Shown: one piece after another, positions 32,374 through 43,748 of the stretch
Position numbering within the stretch: the first letter of the stretch is position 1
Layout: the number at the start of each line of letters is the position of its first letter
Origin: a virus
Virus record (IMG/VR): IMGVR_UViG_3300025865_000006
Coordinates: 53,071-117,070 of that record
Length of the DNA stretch: 64,000 bases
Reading direction: 5' to 3' (one strand)
The notes under the pieces: model-generated
Database searches by the model: none
What the model saw: the letters and a program-made list of their open reading frames with translations, nothing else
What the model was told of the DNA's origin: nothing
Translations under genes and position numbers: made by a program

Positions 32374-35300
32374 GATTTTAGAACCCCTGTTTTACGCTCT
32401 TCCCTAGAAATCCTTCTTTTCTTTTTAGGGTCACGAAATAGATTTAGATATTCTTCACGCTGAATAGGTGTAATCTCTTCTATCATCATTCGTCTATATG
32501 GCCATGTGTCAATAATAGCATCTTCTTGCCCCAAAGCTGAGAGTAGGTGTAATCCATAATCACTGGGACTACCTCTCCATTTACATTGACAGGTCACATC
32601 ATCGCTAGAGCAGCAAACCCCTTCTGATATGCTTATTAAAACATGTTTAGTTATTAAGATATCCTCAAAGTCAATGTTCATTTTTACCTCAGTTCTACAT
32701 GGACAATTCCGGGGCAGGATGCCCGTTCGGCATTAGTTTTTGTTTTCATAAAACCACACCGACGACAAGATAGAAGGGGTTTACCACCATCGTCCTTTAG
32801 GGCAAGATTAGGGTATTTGATAGCGGGATCAATCCAATCGTGGAGCAATCCAGTTTCTTTCATCTATATTTCCCCTCCTGTCTCAGTCGCCACGGGCAAT
32901 AGGTAAGGTGAGTCCAAGAAAATCGATTCTTAGTATCACAGATACAGCCAGTCATAGCATGTTCTGATCCCATATGTGCATCATAATCTTCTTTTGTTCT
33001 TGGTTGATCTACCCGTCCCCATGAACAGATACCACAGGTATAACCATGATTATAGCTCGACGCTGCGCGATATTCGGCAAGGCCACCTATCGGAGCGAGA
33101 GCAGCGTACCACTCGGCAGACGAGTGGTCATGCGAAACAACACTCCCACAAATAAAACAGGGGTGATAATCGTCAACGGCATGTGGGTCATCAACAGCAT
33201 TAAGAGTATCAAGAGCTTCCAACGCCGAGTCTAGGTCAACAACACGAAAGGAATTGGCAATTAGGCTCTTTTTTATATCTTCAAGGGTCATCGGAGTCTC
33301 CTGACTTTAACAATCTGTACTCGGGGAATAACATGCGCCCCAAAAACATTACCACCTTGACTCAACGCAGCAGCTAAAACAATACCCTCCTTATCATCAG
33401 CAAGGACATAGCCTACCGACCGTTGGCGAATTTGGCGGCTCTGACGCATTACGCTTGCATGAGGTTCCCACCCACCAGTAAAAAATAAGCAGTCATCCCA
33501 AATGACTTCAGTAACAGGGGTGCGTTTCATAGCGCAAACTCAGTCGATTGCATGTCCGGGTACATGTGGCATTTCGGGCACCACAAATTATCCAAGTCCG
33601 TCCCGCAGTCGGCGTGGACGAGTGACGTAGTGGAAGTCAACCTCGATGTGATTGGTGCTTTTGGGAGTGGAAAGGTTCCATTAAAGCCAATTCGCCGGCG
33701 CCCGTTGCGCCGCAGCGCCGCCCGCAACTGCTCGATCTCGCGCTCGGAACGGTCGTTGACCCCGTGAAGGTGGGCGATCACGGCGTCCGGGTTGTCGTTG
33801 TGGCACCGGGTCCTGTGGTCGGCCCATACGCCGTCGCTCTCGGCGCAGTACTGCGGCATAGCGTTTGCTGACTCAAAAAAGCGGGGAACTAAGCGATCTT
33901 CAAACTCCCCATAATCATTAACAGGGGCACCACACTTTATGCAAGTTTTCATAGGGAAATATACTCCACTCTGTCATATCCTTTGGGTGAGACAAAGATC
34001 ATTCGATATCGGCCCGGCGGCATTGGATCGTCATCCGCGAGCCATAGGTGAAAGGCGCAGTCGGTCAGGTTAGGACGGCAGGACGGTGGATGCTGCAAGC
34101 CAAAATCGTCTCCCGTGAATTCTACAATATGTCCCTCGGCTTCGGCATTCCGCCATCGTTGACCATCCGCAATGATTGACGTTTCTTCTGTTTTAGAGGT
34201 TGACGTTTTAACGATTAGGGCAAGGTAACGGCAATCGCTAAGAATGCCTTGCGGATCGTATGCGAATGAGTGTGCTGCTATCCCACTAGAGTTTTTACTA
34301 CAGACAACAGAATGCAGCACAGACTCAGAAGTATCACGGTAGACGGGATGGGTTTTATCCTCACATCCAAACTGCTCGCAAAGAATATCGTCTTCGGGTC
34401 GGCGTTCGTTAATCATTACCATCTCCATGACAAAGACAACCACAACCACCACCATGTTTTGGTGATCCTGAACACTGTTTTGAGGCAGTTAGAAGTAACT
34501 GATAGTCTATTTGTAGTTGCTCTATTTCTAAATCTCTTGCATGTAGGGCGTAGCTAATTACCCCTGCAAACTCTTCAGGTGTTGCTGCTTTTCTAATCAT
34601 TTCAGCGAGGTTATCCTTCATTTACTTTCTCCTGTAAAATCAAATCCACAAGCTGTACACTTATCACTTTCTAATTCTTCTATCGCATATGAGGGACCAA
34701 ACTCGTCAATATCAATTAGTCTCGCGGCACGAATTTTTCTTAGTCTATGGTGTTTAGCTGCTGGACATTCTAAGTTAGCGATACGGACCAAAATAGCGGC
34801 ACAAGCACCGCAATTCCGATTACTGTTCAAAGCAAAGTGGCGATGATAATCGTCCAACACTGAACGGAGGGCACTATCAATCACCACAGCACCCGTCGCA
34901 GCCATGTATCCCCCAAGTTCCTTTTGAGCCTTTGGGAGAAACTGATTCCATATAGCTTACACTATCAGGATCAGGATGACCTACACCGTGCTTACACAAT
35001 CGCTCAATAAGCGGATTAGCCCAAGTATCGGTTCTTAGGTTCATGGGCCACTCTCGCATCTTATGTTTAGTTGGATTATGGAAGATACATCTTTGCCCCA
35101 CACATTTATCCTTAGTGTGGTATCTGATTTTATCTTTCTTTGCATTACCTGTGATTATCATTCAGGTACGTCCTCTACTTCCACGATAGTATTAGAGTAA
35201 TCCAGATCATGCCACTCTAATCTAGAAGTGCCATCCTCTTCAATCGATGTTCTAACCTCTTCTACGTATTCTTCTTCTGAATCGTAATACTCACTCTCAC

Positions 35301-36754
35301 TCTTTTCCCATTCGTAGTCTTCGTACCAAACTAAAATCATTTGTACTCTAAAGCGTTTCATTTCTGCACTTGTGGATTTGTAGGGGCAACAACTGAAACA
35401 GTACTTAATTCTTGATTACGCTGAACCAATCTGAACCCAAGTGCAGGAAGTGCTGTACTAAATGCATCCATTGAAACAAATACAATGTCCTTGTCTTCAT
35501 ACAACTGCCCTACATGGGAAGTAACAATACCAAGAACTCCCCCGATTGGGATAAGATGGACTACCTGACAGTTTTCGGGATCAGCATTCCCGTCAATTTC
35601 TCGTAGGACAACCTCATGGACTTGGTGATACTGCAAATGGTCAGCTTGTGAAAGCAGTGCTTGTGCCGCTTGTAGCATTTCATTATTGATCTTATAGTTA
35701 GGCATCTGGCATTTCTCCGCTTGTATAGCCGTCATGATAAGTAAGTAGTTCGGTAGGGTTTAAACATGCCCATCCTTTACGTTTGTTACGTTCCCCTGTC
35801 TTTGTATTGTATCCTCGTTGGCTAATAATCGCTGGCCCCATCTTGCCCCCACAATAGGAACAATACGGATCAGTTAATTCTCTATCGTGCTTGTCAAATC
35901 TAAGACTCAATGGGTTAGCTCCCTCAACTTTCTTTTATATTCTGGTAACTCAGTATGGTTACAACCATGCTTGACACACCAGACAGATATTGCATTGTGA
36001 AGTGCTATAAGTCCACACTTTCCGCAGTATTGGTAAGATATTCTTTTAAACTTCAACCATGAGTGGGGTTCCACCTAATCCTCTGGATATTCCCAATACA
36101 TGTATTTGACCTTTCTTTCCAACTTCCATCCTTTTGCATCAAGAATAGCTATAATTTCTGTAGCATCGTCTACTGGATCAGGTGCATCAGGCCACTTCGT
36201 CATTGGGTATGCTTTACGCAGAGCATCTAGCATAGCTTCTTCTAGTGTTTCAGTACTAGCAGTCATACTCATACTCCAAAATAATTGCTGCTGCTAATCT
36301 CCAACAATTGGTTGATGGGTCTGGATGCAGAGTCTCAATGTCATTCTCATCAAAGGTACCACACCAACAATCTAGTTCTCCGGTAGACCATGCCCTTCCA
36401 TCGAATACTGAATGTAGAATAAGAGCTAGTTTTGTAATCTCATACTCATATCCAACAGCATCTTCCTCTAATTGTTTCCAATGAGCGTCCCAGTCATAAC
36501 TAGCCATCTACTTTCTTTCCTGTATGGCGATCATAGAATGGAGTTCTCTTTCCGGGCCTCCAATGAGCAAAGTGATCAAATCTTTTAAATTGATTATCGG
36601 CTGTCATATCAGTATAAGTGGTACAACCAAACCATAAGCGCTCTTGGTTGTACCCATTTTTGATGGCATAGTCTGTCCAATGGACCATTACATTTCCGCA
36701 TAGGGGACAGTATTCTGGAAGTGGGGAAAACAGTTCACGTAACCAATCAAACAT
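32370..36754 (-). other. block of small accessory genes, many Cys/His-rich, with GC-rich patches around 33.0-34.4 kb
   Basis: Overlapping start/stop junctions on the minus strand. Confidence 0.6.
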
Positions 36755-37232
36755 TTCTTCTTCTTACCCCGTGTAAAAGTAGGCCGGGTGCGTAGGGATC
36801 GGCCTCGTCTGACAGTATATCACATCTGGCCAGTTCTGCAAGCAGCTTACCGCTATTGGGCATGAAGCGCCAGTAATCCTCGGGCCAGCCGTGTTCAGCG
36901 AAACCATTACCTCGGGTACTGATAAAGAGATGCCCGTGGGAACGTAAGACACGGGCGATTTCCCCTAAGGTAATCCAAAAGGCAGAATCGTGTTCCAACA
37001 TCTCTTGACATATGACAACATCAAAGGAAGCATCTGCAAATTGAAGATTATGGGCATTCATTACCATATCAACACCAGCCCCTTCGATGAAGTCTATTCC
37101 TATATACTTACCTTTAAATAGCCCACGGGATGTTCCATTAACATCTCTGCTTCCGATTTCCAAAACATCCGTATCTGTTAATCTATAATACTCAACGCGC
37201 GTCTTAGTCCAGTCAATAATATTTTGGTGCAT
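36747..37232 (-). CDS. class I SAM-dependent methyltransferase
   Basis: VLEIGS, YIGID, FDVVICQEMLEH, RVLR and H.WPEDYWRF motifs. Confidence 0.85.
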   Translation of the reverse strand: MHQNIIDWTKTRVEYYRLTDTDVLEIGSRDVNGTSRGLFKGKYIGIDFIEGAGVDMVMNAHNLQFADASFDVVICQEMLEHDSAFWITLGEIARVLRSHGHLFISTRGNGFAEHGWPEDYWRFMPNSGKLLAELARCDILSDEADPYAPGLLLHGVRRRNV

Positions 37233-37472
37233 TATGGAATCTCACTATGTTTGTGCTGATCTTCAAATACTGCTACCATCCAAGTGTTTTCTTGAATTAG
37301 TGAGTGGGCGCAACTATGGCACAGCATAAATCGCTTAGTCTCATCATCAAAGAACATTCCATAACCACCTACAAAGCCTATAAGCAAAGCATCTTGAAGA
37401 GGATACTTATACTCGTCTTCCTTACGTCGATGAGGTATATCAGGAAATACTTCTGATAACTCTTTGCCACAT

Positions 37473-37850
37473 TTAACGCAATTCACGTTGCTTCCTTCTT
37501 GCTTCTTTACAAACAGGGCAAAGCGTTCGTATCCAATAGGTACTCGTGTCTATTGATCCCTTATTGCCACACGTTTCACACGTATAGGCAGAGACAGATT
37601 CAAGTGCTTGAATCACATCAAAGTATGATCTATCCTCAAGCTTTGTAGATTCAACATAGATTCTTAGTGTGCCGTATTTTTCTTTTACTTGAACAATCTT
37701 AACATGGTCTGGTTTCATTCGTAGGGCAATTTTAATCAAGTGACGCCAACCTTTACCTACCGATTGTAGCGCAAGTTTAGCAGTATATCCCTCGTAATAA
37801 ACCGATGTTGGTGGTGGTAGATTATCAATCATAGCATAGCCCAAATACAC
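37473..37850 (-). CDS. conserved phage-type protein (GW..QVKEKYGTLR..CETCG type)
   Basis: Recognisable motif series; function unknown. Confidence 0.6.
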   Translation of the reverse strand: MYLGYAMIDNLPPPTSVYYEGYTAKLALQSVGKGWRHLIKIALRMKPDHVKIVQVKEKYGTLRIYVESTKLEDRSYFDVIQALESVSAYTCETCGNKGSIDTSTYWIRTLCPVCKEARRKQRELR

Positions 37851-38571
37851 TTTATAATGAACTTGTCAAAACTAGATATGTCTTCAAGTAATCCTGCTTC
37901 GGTCATATCGTCTTCAAGTTGACCTTCCCAACCACTGTTCCCAAGTGGGCGCTTTCCGCTAAACCCTTCTTCCTGATCCCATAAGGCTGCTAACAGCGTT
38001 AAGAAGTAGTAACGAAGAGTACTAGGCCCATTCATCTCCGTAATATTGAATTGATGGTCAAGTAGTAGTTTTGGTGCTAGTGTCATTCATTATCCTCCTA
38101 GCGTTCTCGAAATGTTCATTCTTACAGTGATTAGACATAAAGTCATGGTGAGCTACCAGTTCACATAGTAAGTGTAGCAGATTGGTGGTGCTTAGATCAA
38201 CGAGATTTAACCCTTGATTGGTTCTGCCGACTTCCCACTTTTCCATTAGTGACTCTTGTACTCACACCCATACAGGGGGATATCGAGTTTGCTAACTGTA
38301 ATAAGATCGGGTACCGTACCTGTACGAAGTGGAACTGTTATAGCAGTTTGACAGCCTTTACAGAAACCTGTGAGAAAAACAAGGTGCTGAACAGGGGCAA
38401 TAGCATATGCCCAGTCATGTCGCAGTGCTTCCGGTGCAGGAATCTTGGAAGGCGCAGCTAGTGTTACTCTTGGTGCGTCTATAAGTGGGTCTATAAGAGG
38501 CAGTACTACTCCCTTTGGCGCTACCTTTCCTTCCCCGTGATTAGTTAATTGCTCTATCTTACCAATGTCCA

Positions 38572-38898
38572 TTATATTACCTCTTTTATATGTTCTATTG
38601 CTACTTCTTCTGTCATTGTTCTCCAATCAGGCCATTTTCTTGTTTCGTTCTTGGCCTGTTTAGCTTCTATGGCATAGATAATTTCTTGCGGTTCCCAACC
38701 AGCACGCCAAGCACCATCAAAAGCGAGAATAATAACATCGGCCCACTCTTCAATATCAAGTGGGTTTTCCTCTATCTCTAACAGTTCTTTACGGATATGA
38801 TCAATTACACCTTTTGTTCTATTGCCGGGACCAAAAGTTTTCTCACTCCACTTTCTTTGGTGTTCAAGATACTCGGCATTAATTGCTGCGAAATCCAT
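38572..38898 (-). CDS. DUF550 dATP/dGTP pyrophosphohydrolase
   Basis: WSEKTFGPG.RTKGVIDHIRKELLEIE..P.D.EEWADVIILAFDGAWRAG..K..KN..R.WPDWR. Confidence 0.85.
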   Translation of the reverse strand: MDFAAINAEYLEHQRKWSEKTFGPGNRTKGVIDHIRKELLEIEENPLDIEEWADVIILAFDGAWRAGWEPQEIIYAIEAKQAKNETRKWPDWRTMTEEVAIEHIKEVI

Positions 38899-39972
38899 CT
38901 ACATAACCTCTGCTAATCTTGGATTAGACTCGTGTATCGTATTATTCGATACCTGTATAAATTCTGCGTTCTCTCGCAGTTCTTGTAGATTCATTGCGCC
39001 CGCATAAGACAGTCCAGATCGTATACCACCAACAAGATACTTTATCACGTTTGCTACTGGTCCCTTTTCTTCTACGAATCCAGAGACACCTTCCTTGACA
39101 TATCTCTCACCATTAGCACCAAAAATGCTTTGACCACGATAGCGTCTATATCTGCGTCCCGTTACGTTTTCTAATACCTCGCCGGGTGTTTCCTGCGTAC
39201 CGGCGAGCAGATTACCAATCATTACTGCATCCGCACCAGCAGCAAGAGCTTTTACGATATCCCCACTGGACCTAATACCTCCATCCGCAATAACAAGTGG
39301 AAGAGTAGAGGGATCATGAATAGACCTATATCGATGGGCTGCAATATCATAAATAGCAGAAAACTGGGGGTATCCGAACCCGGTTACAACTCTAGTTGTA
39401 CAAGCAGAGCCGGGACCAATTCCAACCTTTACAGCATCAGCACCAGTATTAGCAAGGAAGATAAATCCGTCCCACGTTGACACGTTTCCTGCTATGATCT
39501 TTACCTGAGGATAAGAATTCTTAATAAGAAGAATTAGTTCCCTAACTCTCTTATGATCCCCGTGGGCTACGTCAATACATACAATGAATGGGGGAGCGGG
39601 AACGTAGTTCTCTAACCTAAAGTAACCAGCGATAAATTCAATTTTTTCTAGCGCTTTACCAAAGTCCCTAATCCCCACCGAAATAGCAGTAGGAAAGTCT
39701 GAGAATTTTAAAAACTCTTCAATATCCTGTCGCTCCTTTTCCCAAGAATCATAAAATCTGTGCAGAATCCCTAATCCACCCACATCTCTCATGGCAAAGG
39801 CCATCTCTGCCCCTGTCACAAGGTCCATATTAGCAGATATTATAGGGATATCCAGTCTCCATCCCAAAAAGTCTTGGGACAGGTCTATAGTCTCTCTGGA
39901 ATTAATTTCAGAGAATTGTGGAACCAAGAGAACATCATCAAAAGTGAGCTTGATTCCCGGTAGAAAATTCAT
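38899..39972 (-). CDS. guaB: IMP dehydrogenase/GMP reductase family protein, no CBS domains
   Basis: [27 protein letters not shown], catalytic loop [35 protein letters not shown] and GMPR cannot be told apart by eye. Confidence 0.85.
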   Translation of the reverse strand: MNFLPGIKLTFDDVLLVPQFSEINSRETIDLSQDFLGWRLDIPIISANMDLVTGAEMAFAMRDVGGLGILHRFYDSWEKERQDIEEFLKFSDFPTAISVGIRDFGKALEKIEFIAGYFRLENYVPAPPFIVCIDVAHGDHKRVRELILLIKNSYPQVKIIAGNVSTWDGFIFLANTGADAVKVGIGPGSACTTRVVTGFGYPQFSAIYDIAAHRYRSIHDPSTLPLVIADGGIRSSGDIVKALAAGADAVMIGNLLAGTQETPGEVLENVTGRRYRRYRGQSIFGANGERYVKEGVSGFVEEKGPVANVIKYLVGGIRSGLSYAGAMNLQELRENAEFIQVSNNTIHESNPRLAEVM

Positions 39973-40183
39973 TTGTTCTTCCTATTTTTAATAGTTAGTG
40001 ATACGAGAACGTGGTCTTTAGGTATAGATAAGTAAATTATGCTAGATACTGTAATCTCACTTCGTTCAAGATCAATTACACTCTCTGGAAGAAGCATACT
40101 AAGATAAGTAACCCTGTTTTCGCGTTTAAATCCTACAGCAGTTATATTATTGGGAATAGGAAATTCTATTCCATCCACTCTTT

Positions 40184-40693
40184 TCATCTAATATATCTTA
40201 CCCTCACGTCTATAAGTCCAAGTTTCATTGATCCACCAATGGCCTTAAAATCGGCTAGATTCAAATCAATGATTCTGCCCGCACGTTGCATCGCCAGATC
40301 GGGTCCAGCGTCATTGCTGCGTCTGATTATACACCCGGCAGGACCACAAACTTCAACTTTTATGCCACGGCCTTCTGGTAGCGCGAGCAACCCTGCATAT
40401 CCGGGTCCGTAAGTGGAAGCAGTTCCGTACTTTACCTTATAGTATATCGAGACAGATTTAGGAGTGGGTTTTGGAGTTGGTTTGGGTGTAGGTTTAGGAG
40501 TTGGCTTTGGAGTTGGAATAGGGGTTGCTACCAAAGTTGGAATTGGTGTTGGTGTTGATACTGGTTCAAAGATGAACGCCACTCTAAAATTTTCAGGGGC
40601 ATAGCTAACTGGTTGATTAGAATTAGTGGGTGTAGGAACGGTCGCCGCTACTACAATTAGACCTAGCACTAAGGCTGGCAATTTTCTTTTCAT
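40184..40693 (-). CDS. exported RlpA-like double-psi beta-barrel protein with Pro/Thr/Lys linker
   Basis: Signal peptide, PTPK repeats, GTASTYG, NDAGP and RIIDLN..F motifs. Confidence 0.7.
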   Translation of the reverse strand: MKRKLPALVLGLIVVAATVPTPTNSNQPVSYAPENFRVAFIFEPVSTPTPIPTLVATPIPTPKPTPKPTPKPTPKPTPKSVSIYYKVKYGTASTYGPGYAGLLALPEGRGIKVEVCGPAGCIIRRSNDAGPDLAMQRAGRIIDLNLADFKAIGGSMKLGLIDVRVRYIR

Positions 40694-41296
40694 AGGTCTA
40701 CCTCCGTGTTACTAATTTATTTTAAAAATTTCTTTTTAGTCTTTTCTTTTCCTTTCGTGCCCACTCCCTACGTTGTTTACGATTCATATTAATTACCCGC
40801 TCGAACTCTTCGTCGGGTATTCTAATTTCCTTCTTAAGGAGTGGCTGTGCTACATCTATTGTTCTGATATATCCTGTATCTGAGTTCATTTTCTAGCCTC
40901 CCAACCGTCTTTACCATAAATTAATCCTAGTGTTTTTATGAACCCTTGTACTTTCCAATAACAATCATGGCAAGCGTCCCGCTCTACGCGAGTTTTGTCT
41001 GTACTTGTCCCAAATTGTATAATGTAGAAGTCTTCGATTCTCATTTCGTTTTTACAAAGGTCACAGAACCTTTTAATCACTACTTCTCCTTATCTGAAAA
41101 CAAGGGAAAACTTGGACGTTGATCTAGTACCGCGTCCTTTGGTATAATATCTACATCTCTTCCACCACATTTACAACATATCCAGATTTTGACTAATTGC
41201 TTTGTCCCCTTCAAAGTTTTCTTCCCAAGTCTAATTGGGGCGAAGCAACATTTACTCCTATATTTATAGTCTAGAAACAATACTTACATCTCCTTT

Positions 41297-41357
41297 GTAC
41301 AGAATTCTGTACAACTCTGTTCAGTTCTGTACAGAGTATAACAGTACTGTACAGTAT
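41297..41357. repeat. TGTACA/CTGTACAG palindrome cluster in a divergent intergenic region
   Basis: TGTACAGAATTCTGTACA, TCTGTACAGA and TACTGTACAGTA within about 60 bp. Confidence 0.7.
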
Positions 41358-41385
41358 ATATCTGGACCCCCCTCCGCTCACTCTC

Positions 41386-41414
41386 AGTGTAACAAGGTTG
41401 GGTCCGAGGTTCAA
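41386..41414 (-). promoter_or_regulatory. sigma70-type promoter
   Basis: Minus strand TTGAAC-N17-TACACT. Confidence 0.6.
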
Positions 41415-41495
41415 GCTAGCCAAGGTTAAGAAAGGTTAACAATTCAACGAGGCCCGTCCAGCCTCCCACCCGTAGTGTAATATGAGGTACAGCGC

Positions 41496-41936
41496 ATGAA
41501 GCCCAAAATTTACGATTACTATGTTTTAGTGTACAATCCCAATCATGAAAGAGCGGTGGAAGCCGGTTACGTTTCAGAACAAATACTGGTTGCTGAAAAG
41601 GTTCTTGGGCGTCCACTGTCACAAGACGAAGATGTACGGCATGTAAATGGCGATACACAAGATAACAGCCCAAACAATTTAGAGATTGTTTCTGTTAATC
41701 ACGGGTATAAAGTTTTTTCATTGGGGGAAACTCCCAATAAACGATCCCTAAAAGGATCAAAGACGTATATGGCCTGTAAATATCAAAAGCCATGCTGGAA
41801 AATGATTAGATCACCCATCATTAAAGAGCACAAGGTATTTTTGCCATATATATGCAGCTATCAAACAGCAGGTGATATCTATAAATGTTCCCATTTTTGG
41901 AATTTCCTGGGTGAGGATAAAGAAAGGAGTGAATAA
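41496..41936 (+). CDS. degenerate HNH-like protein with C-terminal Cys cluster
   Basis: P.H..A...GYV.EQILVAEK.LGRPL...E.VRHVNGD..DN...NL resembles phage HNH_3 proteins with His substitutions. Confidence 0.6.
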   Translation: MKPKIYDYYVLVYNPNHERAVEAGYVSEQILVAEKVLGRPLSQDEDVRHVNGDTQDNSPNNLEIVSVNHGYKVFSLGETPNKRSLKGSKTYMACKYQKPCWKMIRSPIIKEHKVFLPYICSYQTAGDIYKCSHFWNFLGEDKERSE

Positions 41937-41938
41937 TA

Positions 41939-43747
41939 GTGGTCTATGAACCAATGGGTTTATCTAAGACAATTTTTAAAGAAAGGTATACAATTCATCC
42001 AGATGAGACATGGGTAGAGGCTTCAAGACGAATATCAAGACATGTAGCCTCTGCGGAAGACAATGGGCATAAGCCTGTAACAGAGGAACTATTCTACGAA
42101 GAGGTTGTAGAGAACCGATTTATGCCCGGTGGGAGAATATGGTATGGTAGTGGTCGCCCTCGTGCTCAGTTACTTAATTGTTTCGTTGTCCCTACGAGTG
42201 ATAGTCGTGAGGGTTGGGGTAAAACAATATCCGACGTTATTGTGGTCAGTGGTATGGGCGGTGGTGTCGGTATCAATTGCTCTCCTATTCGGCCTAGAGG
42301 GAGCCGCATTAGTGGGACTGGTGGCATTGCTACTGGTGCTGTTTCTTTAATGCAAATGATCAACGGCGTGGGAGATGTACTAGTCGGCGGCGGTGGCCGA
42401 AGATTAGCATTAATGTTAGACCTAAATATAACACATCCCGATCTTTCTGAGTTTCTAGACAAAAAATTAGACCAAAATGAGTTAACGAACGCTAATATAT
42501 CTGTTATAATTGATAAGCGACTTCCTGCTGAGTCTTTTGTTAAGAAAGTAAGAAAAGGCGAGGATTTTGAACCAGTCTTTGGTAGTACACGTTTTCCAAA
42601 GGTTAATGCCAAAGATATTTGGGAAAAAATCGTTACCAATGCTTGGACTAGTGGAGAACCGGGAGTTCTAAATGGCGATCTTGCGAACAAGGAAAGTAAT
42701 ATTTGGTATCATAAGCCTCTTATCTCTACTAACCCATGTGGTGAGATTTGGTTGGAGGAATACGGTAGTTGTGATCTTGGCGCTCTTGTCCTACCCCGTT
42801 TTGTTTCTAACAATAGGATGTTGGACTGGGATCAATTACGTAAAACTATTAACACAGCGGTTCGTTTTTTGGATAACGTTTTAAGTGTTAATGAGTACCC
42901 ATTACAGGCTATAAGAGATAATAATAACTATATTCGTAGAATTGGTCTAGGAATTATGGGATTACACTCTATGCTTATTATGATGGGGCGTAAATACTCT
43001 GATTCCCTATATTTTATAGACGAACTAATGAAGTTTATTAAGGAGGAAGCGTACCTTGCGTCTATCTCACTCGCCGCAGAAAAAGGCTCTTTTGGAGGCT
43101 TTGACGAAAGATTCCTCGACTCAGGCTTTGCAAGACGAGCTTTATCTTCTTCTATCCGCAGTAAAATCAGAAAGGGCGGGATTAGAAATGCTGCAATCCT
43201 CACTATCGCACCTACTGGAACAACCGGAATGGTTAGTAACGTATCTACAGGAATTGAGCCTCTTTTTGCACCCGCATACTGGCGAAGATTCTTTAGACCC
43301 ACACCTGATGGAAGTAGACAGTTAGACAAGGAATTAGTTATCGATCCGTTGTGGGATACTGTTGAAGATAAATCTGTGCTGGAAGGCGCATATGATATTG
43401 AGCCAGAAACTCACTTCGATGTTCAACGTATTTGCCAAGCACACATCGATAATGCTGTGTCAAAGACAATCAACTTACCGTCAAACTTTCCTGTTGAATC
43501 TCTCAGTGATCTTTGGCTAGAGTATCTACCAGACCTAAAGGGCACAACGTTCTACAGGGCTGGCTCACGCGGGCAGGAGCCGCTAGAGGCTATCCCGCTG
43601 GACGAGGCAAAACAGTTAATAAAGAGCACAAAAACTCATGCCTCAACAATTGAGGAACAGTCTAGTCTAGATTGTCCCGATGGAATGTGTGATACTCATG
43701 GTATCGAAATTCATGAGAGGGTAGATTCCCCGTTTGCAATGGTGTAA
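41939..43747 (+). CDS. nrdJ: class II (adenosylcobalamin-dependent) ribonucleotide reductase
   Basis: FMPGGRI, LNCFV, GGGVG, TNPCGE, CDLG, RRIGLGIMG, IAPTGT, STGIEP, IDNAVSKTINLP, KGTTFYR; no small subunit gene nearby. Confidence 0.9.
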   Translation: MVYEPMGLSKTIFKERYTIHPDETWVEASRRISRHVASAEDNGHKPVTEELFYEEVVENRFMPGGRIWYGSGRPRAQLLNCFVVPTSDSREGWGKTISDVIVVSGMGGGVGINCSPIRPRGSRISGTGGIATGAVSLMQMINGVGDVLVGGGGRRLALMLDLNITHPDLSEFLDKKLDQNELTNANISVIIDKRLPAESFVKKVRKGEDFEPVFGSTRFPKVNAKDIWEKIVTNAWTSGEPGVLNGDLANKESNIWYHKPLISTNPCGEIWLEEYGSCDLGALVLPRFVSNNRMLDWDQLRKTINTAVRFLDNVLSVNEYPLQAIRDNNNYIRRIGLGIMGLHSMLIMMGRKYSDSLYFIDELMKFIKEEAYLASISLAAEKGSFGGFDERFLDSGFARRALSSSIRSKIRKGGIRNAAILTIAPTGTTGMVSNVSTGIEPLFAPAYWRRFFRPTPDGSRQLDKELVIDPLWDTVEDKSVLEGAYDIEPETHFDVQRICQAHIDNAVSKTINLPSNFPVESLSDLWLEYLPDLKGTTFYRAGSRGQEPLEAIPLDEAKQLIKSTKTHASTIEEQSSLDCPDGMCDTHGIEIHERVDSPFAMV

Positions 43748-43748
43748 A

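Noticed and set aside
38572-38898. Calling this a 2-aminoadenine (Z) genome phage
   Set aside because: DUF550 alone is insufficient and purZ is not in the window.
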